A stretch of 64,000 bases of DNA, from sequence record MH791398.1. One strand, given 5' to 3'. Of the stretch, positions 55,915 to 64,000 are shown one piece after another; position 1 is the first letter of the stretch, and each line of letters starts with the position of its first letter. Both the position numbers and the translations under genes were made by a program. Below the pieces are notes generated by a model. It was given only the letters and a program-made list of their open reading frames with translations, was not told the origin of the DNA and made no database searches.

Positions 55915-56201
55915 TGAACAAATACCGGTTTAAAAGTGAGAACCATAAACAGGAATTTCTGAATTCTTCGTGGGATTTTGAAGATGAGATGGAATTCAAC
56001 TACAACGAATCCATCTGTAAATTCTTGGATATGGAAGGTATTGACGAATTTTATGTTGACGAAACAGAAGACCATCAGTATTGTATCCTAATCGAAGACG
56101 ACGACGGTAATTTTGGAATCGCAGAAGTCATCCATATCGGTAAACCGCTTCTGTTCCACTTCTACCCAGAAGACGTACATCATTATCTCGAAGTAGTTTA
56201 A
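55914..56201 (+). CDS. Small acidic protein, paralog family
   Basis: Aligns by eye with 55642-55914. Confidence 0.7.
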   Translation: MNKYRFKSENHKQEFLNSSWDFEDEMEFNYNESICKFLDMEGIDEFYVDETEDHQYCILIEDDDGNFGIAEVIHIGKPLLFHFYPEDVHHYLEVV

Positions 56202-56223
56202 AAGGTTAAATGAGAAATACATT

Positions 56224-58458
56224 ATGAAAATTGTTACAAATAAACAACCTGTATTTGGGACTGTTATGGAAGAGTCCCGCGATTTTGGTATGAAGTTTGA
56301 TGAAAAAGCTTATACCATTCTTAGTTCTGGGCTTTATAAATTCAAGATCCGAGCTTTCATTCGTGAATTGAGCTGTAACGCAATCGATGGTCACATTGCA
56401 TTGGAAAAGATTGGTGGAACCCCACCGAAATATTTTGATGTAGAGCTTCCGTCTGATATTAATTTGCAATGGAGACTCCGCGATTATGGTATTGGTATGG
56501 ACAAGGATGGTATTTTCAACTTGTTCACCACATATTTTGCATCAACCAAGGAAGATTCTGACGATTTTATCGGTGCATTTGGTCTTGGTTCTAAAAGTCC
56601 GTTCTGCTACACAACAACATTCACTGTAACATCGTGGTGTAAGGGTCTCAAAACCGTCTATAGCATCTTCATGAACAACGGTATACCAAAGTGTGTCCCC
56701 ATCTTCGAAGAACCGTCAGACGAGCCCACAGGTATCGAAATCGTAATCCCTATCGATCAAGATGATATTACCGAAGTTCGGAATGAAGCTCGGGTGGTGT
56801 ACCACACATTTGATAAAGATGGATTTTATCCAAACATCATCAATCAGAATTTCGAGTTGACTAACTACAAGTCATCTGGTTACTATGGTTCCATCATGGA
56901 TAATGGCGTATATGCTGTTATGGGTGGTGTTTCTTACAAGATCCCAGCAAAGCTTTACGAAAATGAGGTTTGTTCGGTATTCTTTAATAATTCATATAAC
57001 TTTATCGATTTTCCTGTTGGGTCTCTCAATCCTCTCCCGAACCGGGAAGAATTGAGTCTTGATAAACACACACTGAATACACTGAATTCTTATTTTAAAT
57101 CCCAATCGGACCAAGTTATTGATGAAGTCAATAAAAAGGTTTCTGAACATGGAAAGGATGCACGAAGTAAAATTCATGCTATTTTGTCTATGGATTTTGG
57201 TGAGCATATCTTTAACAAAGTATCAAAGATTATTGACCATAACGGCAAGTCTCTTCAAGATTGGCGCTTCTTCTACGAAAGTATTACATCTTCGAAAGAA
57301 TGGTCTTTGTTTAAAGATTTCTGTGTGGATTACAGTTATAAAAACAAAAATTTCGTTTATATCGATACATTTAGTAATGCGGTGCGAAATGTTTGGAATC
57401 TTGAACGTGCAAGATATTACGGGTCGTCTCGTAAAATCGAGTTTAATGACTATTTCATGCCGTCAGTAAAGAATAAGCGATATCCATTCCCAATCCTTCT
57501 GTCTAATATGGATGGTAAGTGGAAGGTACGGATCAAGCTTCTTATGAAGTATGGTATCATTCCTAATGAACGGGTTGTTGTTATGAGCGATTACCCTTAT
57601 TCTCGCAAACCTTTCAAGAATGTAACTCGAAATCTCTTTATCCAGATTGCAAAGCGTTACCACAAAGACGATATCGATGTTTTTCATGTAGAGAAGTTGT
57701 ATGATAAGCACGTTCAAGAAATTGAAGAGAAAGAAGCAGAAGAGAAGCGCCAACGTCGTTTAGAAGCACAGCGGAATAGGGCTAAAACTCCACGTTACAA
57801 ACCAGACAACTCGCATTATTATAATAAAGGGTATCGCAGTACTGGCAATTTCCTTGCCAAGGATGTACACGAGCTTAGTGGGCTGTATGGTCTTCGTTCT
57901 GGCGAATATATTGTTGTTGATGGTCATGAAGTTACAGATGGACTTCAAAGTTGGTTATCTGAGATGTTTGATACAACGTTGTATGCATTTCCGAAAACCC
58001 TTGAACGACGGGCTAACATGAATGAGAATTTGACTCTCATTACAAAGGAAATGATCAAAGGTAAACTTGTTGAATATCTCAATAACAATTTAAAGGGTAA
58101 TAAAATTGGTTGGAATATCAATAGGTCTGATAAGCCAAGGGTCGATATGGAAATTACTCGGGAAATGAAGGACTATTTTGGTATCTCGGAATCCGGTGAT
58201 TGGGATCATGATCTTGGTAATATTTATGTTCATGCTCAAGAATATTTGACTGAACATGAATATCAAGTTTATACCGATGTTGTTGAAAACCATCGTCAGA
58301 GTATGTATGATGTATATCATAATTTTTATGACGAAATGAAAAAGCAATTCCCCATGGAATGTGCGATTCTTAGGTTGAAGAAAAATTATAGTTGTGTAAA
58401 AAACGAAGAGTTCGAACTTGCAACTAAACTTATTATGGAAAACTACAAAGGGGTGTAA
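56224..58458 (+). CDS. rIIA: RIIA protein
   Basis: LSSGLYK.KIRA.IRELSCNAID.H, RDYGIGM, YF.STK, IGAFGLGSKSPF.Y GHKL-like N-terminus; precedes rIIB. Confidence 0.93.
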   Translation: MKIVTNKQPVFGTVMEESRDFGMKFDEKAYTILSSGLYKFKIRAFIRELSCNAIDGHIALEKIGGTPPKYFDVELPSDINLQWRLRDYGIGMDKDGIFNLFTTYFASTKEDSDDFIGAFGLGSKSPFCYTTTFTVTSWCKGLKTVYSIFMNNGIPKCVPIFEEPSDEPTGIEIVIPIDQDDITEVRNEARVVYHTFDKDGFYPNIINQNFELTNYKSSGYYGSIMDNGVYAVMGGVSYKIPAKLYENEVCSVFFNNSYNFIDFPVGSLNPLPNREELSLDKHTLNTLNSYFKSQSDQVIDEVNKKVSEHGKDARSKIHAILSMDFGEHIFNKVSKIIDHNGKSLQDWRFFYESITSSKEWSLFKDFCVDYSYKNKNFVYIDTFSNAVRNVWNLERARYYGSSRKIEFNDYFMPSVKNKRYPFPILLSNMDGKWKVRIKLLMKYGIIPNERVVVMSDYPYSRKPFKNVTRNLFIQIAKRYHKDDIDVFHVEKLYDKHVQEIEEKEAEEKRQRRLEAQRNRAKTPRYKPDNSHYYNKGYRSTGNFLAKDVHELSGLYGLRSGEYIVVDGHEVTDGLQSWLSEMFDTTLYAFPKTLERRANMNENLTLITKEMIKGKLVEYLNNNLKGNKIGWNINRSDKPRVDMEITREMKDYFGISESGDWDHDLGNIYVHAQEYLTEHEYQVYTDVVENHRQSMYDVYHNFYDEMKKQFPMECAILRLKKNYSCVKNEEFELATKLIMENYKGV

Positions 58459-58482
58459 GCCCCTTTTTAATGAGGAAATAAA

Positions 58483-59676
58483 ATGGAAACTATCCATATT
58501 GAAAAACTTGAAGCATTGATTCGTAGCGGTATTTACGATGTAACCGGTTATAAAATAAAAGAACTTGACAACAACAGAACTTTTGCATATTACAACCTAG
58601 ACGATCTCGATGTTGTAGAACTTGTTATGTATATCGAGGAAGAACTTGATATAGATCTTGGCGATCTCGATGTACTTGAAGGATGGGAAGCCCTTACAAT
58701 TAAAGAATTGATTAAATTGATGGTTGGGACTAATAAAATCGATTTGCAATTTGATGTACATGATTATTCTGAAAATAAAGTCGAAGAAAGTCGTGATGAT
58801 AAAATTATCCGACTTCATAATCTCGGAATCAGCCAAAACGAAATTTCCCGTCAAACTGGTATCCCTCGTTCAACAGTAGGTGATGTAGTTCGTCGCTATA
58901 AGGGAATTCAGAAGAAGTCGGATAAAACAATCCATTTGAAGGAAATAATCGAACCGGTTCATACCCCCGTGGTATCTTGGAATGCAAGTTATGACTTTAT
59001 TAACTGCTTCATTGATGGAACCCCATACGTTGCAGACCGAGCCCACCCACGGTTTGAAGATGCGTTTCAACTCCTGATCCGCGACAATGATGTGGTCGGT
59101 GCGGTAAACCTGATTTCTATCAAAGAAGCAATCAAAACCTATTCTTCTGGTGATATTCGGATTGAAGGCGACACACTCTACTATCGTGATATTGTTCTTG
59201 ATACATCGATGACCCGAAGAATCATTGATATGTGGGCGTCCGGGGAAGAGTTTGAGTATATGGTTACCTTCCTGAAAAACCTGTTACAGAATCCGCGCCG
59301 TGCGGCTGTATACGAGCTTTTTGACTTCCTGACTCATAGTGACATCAAAATCACCAACGATGGTCATTTCCTAGCGTACAAGCGCGTTACCGAGGATTAT
59401 AAGGATATCCGCACCCACACGTTTGATAATAGTATTGGTTCTAAGCCACGAGTCGAGCCATTTGAGGTAGATGACGACCGAAACAATACTTGTGCTGCGG
59501 GTCTTCATGCTGCTGCTCGTCACTACATCCCATACTATTCATCTTGTGAGAATGACCGGGTTGTGATGGTTAAGATCAACCCAGCCCACGTCGTTGCTAT
59601 CCCAACTGATTACGACAATGCGAAACTTCGTACTTGGACTTATGAAGTAATCTCAGACGTAACTCACGAGTTCTAA
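58483..59676 (+). CDS. rIIB: RIIB protein with extra N-terminal acyl-carrier-protein-like domain
   Basis: HTH, WNAS..FI, FL.NLLQNP...AV.ELFDFL, I.IT.DG, DNSIG, C..GLH, DYDNAKLR match RIIB; first ~85 aa align to AcpP. Confidence 0.9.
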   Translation: METIHIEKLEALIRSGIYDVTGYKIKELDNNRTFAYYNLDDLDVVELVMYIEEELDIDLGDLDVLEGWEALTIKELIKLMVGTNKIDLQFDVHDYSENKVEESRDDKIIRLHNLGISQNEISRQTGIPRSTVGDVVRRYKGIQKKSDKTIHLKEIIEPVHTPVVSWNASYDFINCFIDGTPYVADRAHPRFEDAFQLLIRDNDVVGAVNLISIKEAIKTYSSGDIRIEGDTLYYRDIVLDTSMTRRIIDMWASGEEFEYMVTFLKNLLQNPRRAAVYELFDFLTHSDIKITNDGHFLAYKRVTEDYKDIRTHTFDNSIGSKPRVEPFEVDDDRNNTCAAGLHAAARHYIPYYSSCENDRVVMVKINPAHVVAIPTDYDNAKLRTWTYEVISDVTHEF

Positions 59677-59678
59677 AT

Positions 59679-59698
59679 AAGGGGAGAAATCCCCTTTT
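59679..59698 (+). terminator. Terminator after rIIB
   Basis: AAGGGGA-GAAA-TCCCCTTTT. Confidence 0.8.
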
Positions 59699-59781
59699 AA
59701 CATATGAGAAAATCAAAATCAAAACATGAGTACATTGTGATATATAATGTTTATAACAAAACACATAAGGTACTTTAAATA

Positions 59782-60735
59782 ATGGCTATCAGTAATTACG
59801 AAACTGTCATCTCACAGATTGTCGAGATGAAAGAGAACAAGGGTATGGGTTCGCGAGCAATTGCGAAAGAACTTGGTATTTCTAAATCTTCCGTAAACTA
59901 TTATTACGAGCGTTTCATGGAAGAGAACAATATTGTGGACGATATCAAAACCGGTCCCCGTGTTCTAGTTCTGGATATTGAAACCGCTCCGATTATGGCT
60001 CATGTATGGCGCTTGTTTAAGACCAACGTTGGTCTGAATATGATCGAGTCCGATTGGTATATGCTTAGTTTTGCTGCTAAATGGTTTGACAGTGATGAAA
60101 TCATTTATATGGACCAGCGAAATGCACCAAATATCGAAGATGATTCAGAAATGCTGAAAGTTCTATGGGAGCTTCTTGACGAAGCTGATATCGTTCTTCA
60201 TCAGAATGGTCGTCGGTTTGATATTCCAAAAATTCGCAGTCGTATGATCGTTCATGGTATGAAACCGTTCTCTACCGTGAAGCATATTGATACTCTTGAG
60301 ATCGCAAAACGCACGTTTGGTTTTACTTCCAACAAGCTGGAATATATGACCGATAAGCTATGCACAGAAACCAAGAAATCTAAACATACTCAATTCCCCG
60401 GTTTTGAATTGTGGAAAGAATGCTTGGCTGGTAATATCGAAGCTTGGAAAGAGATGGAAGAATATAATATTGATGATATCGTATCTCTCCAAGAACTATA
60501 TGTTAAATTGGCTCCATGGTCGGATCGTCTTCCGAACTTCTCTCTTTATACAGATTCAGACAAATTCACTTGCGTATGTGGAAATCATGAGTTTGAAGAT
60601 GCCGGGTTCGCGTATACCGAAGTTAGTAAGTTCAAACAATATAAATGCACCCACTGTGGTAAACACTGGCGTGGTCGCAAGAACCAAATCACTAAGATTA
60701 AGTCAAAACTTCTGTTGACTAATGCTCGTGAATAA
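59782..60735 (+). CDS. HTH + DEDD (RNase H-like/DnaQ) exonuclease + Zn ribbon
   Basis: GSRAIAKELGISKSSV HTH; VLDIETAP, NGRRFDIP, IDTL, YNIDDI; CVCG..CTHCG. Confidence 0.8.
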   Translation: MAISNYETVISQIVEMKENKGMGSRAIAKELGISKSSVNYYYERFMEENNIVDDIKTGPRVLVLDIETAPIMAHVWRLFKTNVGLNMIESDWYMLSFAAKWFDSDEIIYMDQRNAPNIEDDSEMLKVLWELLDEADIVLHQNGRRFDIPKIRSRMIVHGMKPFSTVKHIDTLEIAKRTFGFTSNKLEYMTDKLCTETKKSKHTQFPGFELWKECLAGNIEAWKEMEEYNIDDIVSLQELYVKLAPWSDRLPNFSLYTDSDKFTCVCGNHEFEDAGFAYTEVSKFKQYKCTHCGKHWRGRKNQITKIKSKLLLTNARE

Positions 60736-60746
60736 TAGTAAACTAT

Positions 60747-60772
60747 AGGGAATCCTTCGGGGTTCCCTTTTT
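60747..60772 (+). terminator. Terminator
   Basis: AGGGAATCC-TTCG-GGGTTCCCT + TTTT. Confidence 0.85.
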
Positions 60773-60789
60773 CGTTATGAGGAAATAAA

Positions 60790-61083
60790 ATGGTTGATAT
60801 GTTTGGTAATGAGCTTGTGGTCGGTGATTATATCGTCCACGGTATGGACAACGGTTCTACCCTGTTATTGGGTCGTGTGTTCAAGCTAGGTGAGAAGAAA
60901 TGTTGGTTCTACTATGTTCATAAGCATGAACAGGGGTACTATGAAATGTGGTTGAACAACCGTCATAACCGAGACTATGACAGAGTTGTTAAGTATACTG
61001 GTGATATCCATCTGATCAATAAAGGGTTGGGTGGTATTCGTGATGAAAATGGTAAATTGGTTGATCGATTTTTAGAATTTTGA
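60790..61083 (+). CDS. Hypothetical protein
   Basis: SD GAGGA; DMFGNELVVGD SH3/KOW-like start. Confidence 0.65.
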   Translation: MVDMFGNELVVGDYIVHGMDNGSTLLLGRVFKLGEKKCWFYYVHKHEQGYYEMWLNNRHNRDYDRVVKYTGDIHLINKGLGGIRDENGKLVDRFLEF

Positions 61084-61090
61084 GGTGTAT

Positions 61091-61375
61091 ATGTTTAAAT
61101 ATAAAGTGTGGTTTGCGTCGGAAGAACAAAAAGCTGAAATGATCAGGTATATAAATGAAGATGAGTTGGGACCTTGTAAAGTAGTTGTACCATATCTTGA
61201 AGAAATTGATGTTGGGGTGAAATATGATTTTGAATCAAATAAAAAACTAGAAACTTATTCTTATTCTGACGGGACGTTAAAAACCGTATTTAATGGGAAA
61301 TATAACGATGGTATAAACCTCTTTATACCGGAAGATATTGACGATGGTCGGGTGTGTTGTGAGGCAATAGAATGA
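61091..61375 (+). CDS. Hypothetical protein
   Basis: SD GAGG; start 61085 (GTG) or 61091. Confidence 0.6.
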   Translation: MFKYKVWFASEEQKAEMIRYINEDELGPCKVVVPYLEEIDVGVKYDFESNKKLETYSYSDGTLKTVFNGKYNDGINLFIPEDIDDGRVCCEAIE

Positions 61376-61668
61376 AAATTTTTCAAGAATACAAAAACGG
61401 CAAGCTAATTGAAACCAAAGGCCCATTTTCTGTAATCCGGTGTAGTCGTTATTATCTGGTGGCGGTTATTAACGGGGAGAAGATAGAACTAGGTCAGTGC
61501 AATGATTATGAAAAAACTTATAAAAAAGGTATTGACCAATGGATCTCTAAGGTGTACTCTAGGTGTATTGATACAGAAGAGAGTTACCGTTGGCAGGCTG
61601 AGAACCTTATCAAGCAAGCTGACGGAGAACGAGAGATTATTGAATTAATCAAATCACTGAGGGAATAA
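61372..61668 (+). CDS. Hypothetical protein
   Basis: ATGA overlap in operon. Confidence 0.6.
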   Translation: MKIFQEYKNGKLIETKGPFSVIRCSRYYLVAVINGEKIELGQCNDYEKTYKKGIDQWISKVYSRCIDTEESYRWQAENLIKQADGEREIIELIKSLRE

Positions 61669-61670
61669 TT

Positions 61671-61784
61671 ATGGAAATCATCGATATCATTTATCAACCA
61701 GTATGTTTTTGCCCTGAATGTGGCGGTGCCCTTGATGGTGGTATCGACGATGTGTGCGAATACTGCACAACAGAAGAGGAATAA
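61671..61784 (+). CDS. 37-aa Zn-ribbon micro-protein; not in ORF track
   Basis: MEIIDIIYQPVCFCPECGGALDGGIDDVCEYCTTEEE; SD GAGG. Confidence 0.5.
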   Translation: MEIIDIIYQPVCFCPECGGALDGGIDDVCEYCTTEEE

Positions 61785-61789
61785 CAATT

Positions 61790-62047
61790 ATGGATATGAT
61801 CGAATACTACGACTCTTTGGGTTGGAAACCTTTTCGTGAGTATATGTGTGATGTCATCTATATGGAATATGATGCACAACTGGTGATTCGCACAAAAGAT
61901 CTTGGAGAACCACCACATTATAAAGATGTCTTCCTTGTTACCTTAAACTGGGAACAGGGACACGGCAACAACTGGTATTTTGAAACAGAAGATGGTTTGA
62001 TTTTCAAGCCAGACGAAGTAAAAGAATTTTTGTTCGATTATAGTTGA
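61790..62047 (+). CDS. Hypothetical protein
   Basis: Start adjusted to SD GAGGA. Confidence 0.6.
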   Translation: MDMIEYYDSLGWKPFREYMCDVIYMEYDAQLVIRTKDLGEPPHYKDVFLVTLNWEQGHGNNWYFETEDGLIFKPDEVKEFLFDYS

Positions 62048-62071
62048 CTCCCATAGCCGTTAGATTATAAT
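62044..62071 (+). promoter_or_regulatory. Near-consensus sigma70 early promoter
   Basis: TTGACT-16 nt-TATAAT. Confidence 0.65.
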
Positions 62072-62101
62072 CATGGTTATCAACTGTTCTGAGGTAGTAC
62101 A

Positions 62102-62668
62102 ATGAAAGTTTCATATGAATGCGATTACACCAGCTTTGAACATTGCAAAGGCGTTGACATTGTTGTTAAACATTTCACAAAATTTGCGGTTGTTGCATCT
62201 AAAATAATCGACGATTCAAATATGGAACTTCTTGTTACTCAATATGAAGGGAACCAATACGAATTCTCTTTGTCCTGTGGAAAGAAACTCAGTATGATCC
62301 GAGTTGTTAACCTACGTACTGGTCATTATGAGCACGACACATTTTCCCTTGGGGAAGAATTCCAAGGGAGAGGACTTGTTAAACATATGTTCCGTTGTAC
62401 TATTGACATATGCGAGGCACTTGGTATAACAAAAGTTGTTACGTCCGCGATTCTCGATGGTCGGATCGTATGGTTGAAACGTGGATTTGTTCCGTTCTGC
62501 TGCGAAACCTACTTCAAACGACTTGAAAATCTGGGTGTTCGTGTTCCTGTTTGTGAACGTAACGAATATTGGTTCAATCAAGAAAACCTGAAAAAATACG
62601 AAAGAGAGGTGGCAGAAATCTCTTGGCACGGTTATGCTATGGTTGAGACTCTAAAACAATATGCATGA
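62102..62668 (+). CDS. GNAT-family acetyltransferase
   Basis: Motif A L.EEFQGRGLVKHM, GITKV, motif B W.KRGF. Confidence 0.7.
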   Translation: MKVSYECDYTSFEHCKGVDIVVKHFTKFAVVASKIIDDSNMELLVTQYEGNQYEFSLSCGKKLSMIRVVNLRTGHYEHDTFSLGEEFQGRGLVKHMFRCTIDICEALGITKVVTSAILDGRIVWLKRGFVPFCCETYFKRLENLGVRVPVCERNEYWFNQENLKKYEREVAEISWHGYAMVETLKQYA

Positions 62669-62679
62669 AGGAAAATATA

Positions 62680-62850
62680 ATGAAAGTAACTGAAATTGGT
62701 GTTAAGTTGTGTGGTGTTTATGTGGTTTGTCCACATTGCAATAAGGAACTGGATGGTTGGTGTGTAGACCCACGAGGGCAAACTACAACTTGCGACTTCT
62801 GTGATAAAGAGTTTGAAATCCACTCTGATGCAGATCTGGAATTACTATGA
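62680..62850 (+). CDS. Small Zn-ribbon protein
   Basis: CPHC..CDFC; start adjusted to SD AAGGA. Confidence 0.6.
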   Translation: MKVTEIGVKLCGVYVVCPHCNKELDGWCVDPRGQTTTCDFCDKEFEIHSDADLELL

Positions 62851-63101
62851 GTCGAGTAAAAATTATCGCAAAATTGAAGAAGATTGAAGAACTTCGTAGT
62901 CAAATAGAAGAACTTCGGTCTAAATGTCCACATAATGCGGTTATCCTGAAACTAGGTTCCAATACCGGAAACTGGGATGGATTTGATTTATATTGGTACG
63001 ATATCGAGTGTGAAGATTGCTTGAAGACTTGGAGAGAAGACCAAGAAGGTAGTAATTACAGTATTTACAATGACCCTCGTGTTGTTAAGGTGATCCGATG
63101 A
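62847..63101 (+). CDS. Hypothetical protein, Cys/His Zn-like
   Basis: CPH..CEDC; ATGA overlap. Confidence 0.6.
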   Translation: MSRVKIIAKLKKIEELRSQIEELRSKCPHNAVILKLGSNTGNWDGFDLYWYDIECEDCLKTWREDQEGSNYSIYNDPRVVKVIR

Positions 63102-63391
63102 ACCACCGTCTATCCAAATCTCAAAATAGAAATGTGGTTAGTGCTTTCGTCATGAGTGGTTGTGCGAACAAACAAACTCTTGCTGATTTCATCATATCTC
63201 TTGCTAGATCACAAATGTACATGGATTTCACCCATTACAAATATTTTATTGATGATTCTATCATCTTTGCAACCGATTCCATGAGCCAATTGGTTACCGG
63301 GGTTGGGTACGAAGAGTTGAAAGAAGAGGTCGACAAAAAGATTTTTGACCCTTCTGGCGTTTTTGGAAATAAAACTGTTGACCCGATATAA
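63098..63391 (+). CDS. Hypothetical protein
   Basis: ATGA overlap in operon. Confidence 0.55.
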   Translation: MNHRLSKSQNRNVVSAFVMSGCANKQTLADFIISLARSQMYMDFTHYKYFIDDSIIFATDSMSQLVTGVGYEELKEEVDKKIFDPSGVFGNKTVDPI

Positions 63392-63436
63392 ATTTTGATG
63401 TAGTATACTCATATCAACTGATGAGAGGAAATATAG

Positions 63437-64000
63437 ATGTCTTTGATTAAGAGCCAAGCCCGAGTGATTGTTGAGAAACGGATTGCAGAAGTCGTGGAAA
63501 TTGCAAAGACACTCTACCCCGAAATGGCTGGTTTTAAGTATACGTTTAAAGAATGTACAGGTCGCTGTGCAGGTATCGCCAGTTACACCAATAAAGGATG
63601 GAGCGATACAGAGTACACTATCAAGATTAACATCAATTTGATGGTGCAAGGGATGAAGGAATGGAATCATATTTTCCACAACACGATCCCTCACGAAATT
63701 GCACACCTTGTTGATTATGTTATTCGTGGTAAAAGTAACCATGATCGTGTGTGGGAACGGATTGCAAAATCTCTTGGTTGTGATGGTGTATCCCGTCATA
63801 GTCTCCCGGTTGCTGGTCGTGGACGTGTGGTTTACATGGTTCCGGGGTATGGTAAAGTAACTGTTACAAATAGCACCCATATGGTCATTCAAGGTAAAAA
63901 TTACGACAAGCCGTTTACTTGTGGTGGTGGGGCCTTTGAGATTAAGAAGGAACATCTTCTTTCTGGAACTGTAATGGACTCAATCCCTGACGGATACGGC
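63437..64000 (+). CDS. SprT-like zinc metalloprotease, runs off window; not in ORF track
   Basis: Manual translation: CAG.A...I.IN..TIPHEIAHL..G..NHDRVW..IA..LG; SD GAGGA. Confidence 0.8.
   Translation, partial: MSLIKSQARVIVEKRIAEVVEIAKTLYPEMAGFKYTFKECTGRCAGIASYTNKGWSDTEYTIKININLMVQGMKEWNHIFHNTIPHEIAHLVDYVIRGKSNHDRVWERIAKSLGCDGVSRHSLPVAGRGRVVYMVPGYGKVTVTNSTHMVIQGKNYDKPFTCGGGAFEIKKEHLLSGTVMDSIPDGYG

Noticed and set aside
1-64000. Many long antisense or alternate-frame ORFs in the track (e.g. 1758-2471+, 2886-3776+, 13314-14189+, 39109-39690-, 42665-43291-, 45233-45859-, 50699-51499-, 63209-63955-)
   Set aside because: They lie opposite well-supported genes, lack SD sites and have Phe/Ile-rich shadow composition
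1-64000. tRNA, rRNA genes or CRISPR arrays
   Set aside because: No cloverleaf with T-loop/CCA and no regularly spaced repeats were seen; intergenic gaps are short

Overview
64 kb of a T4-related (Straboviridae-type) myovirus genome. The split gp43, long gp35, CTAAATA late promoters and absence of hmC-modification genes point, by inference, to an Aeromonas-type large T4-like phage. 1-16.3 kb is mostly minus strand: inh, accessory ORFs, rnlB, uvsW/uvsW.1 (plus strand), uvsY, dda, ligase, 30.2, 32-59-33-dsbA-rnh. 16.4-64 kb is almost all plus strand: long tail fibre gp34 and an enlarged gp35, a ~310-bp structured non-coding gap, one antisense Seg-like homing endonuclease, a contiguous nrdA-B-D-G-C-H cluster, 55-47-46-45-44-62-regA-43A-43B-uvsX-40-41-61-dut-dexA-39+60-rIIA-rIIB, then small early accessory genes including a GNAT and a SprT protease. 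Top leads: (1) an acyl-carrier-protein-like domain, with Asp in place of the phosphopantetheinylated Ser, fused to RIIB; (2) a free-standing, catalytically degenerate HINT/intein-fold ORF between genes 40 and 41; (3) a fused topoisomerase 39+60 that carries, in one chain, the segments flanking the T4 39/60 break; (4) a secreted LprI-like lysozyme-inhibitor candidate; (5) a candidate origin plus a non-T4 helicase-like ORF. All homology calls are from remembered motifs and sequences, not database searches. No tRNA, rRNA or CRISPR array was seen.
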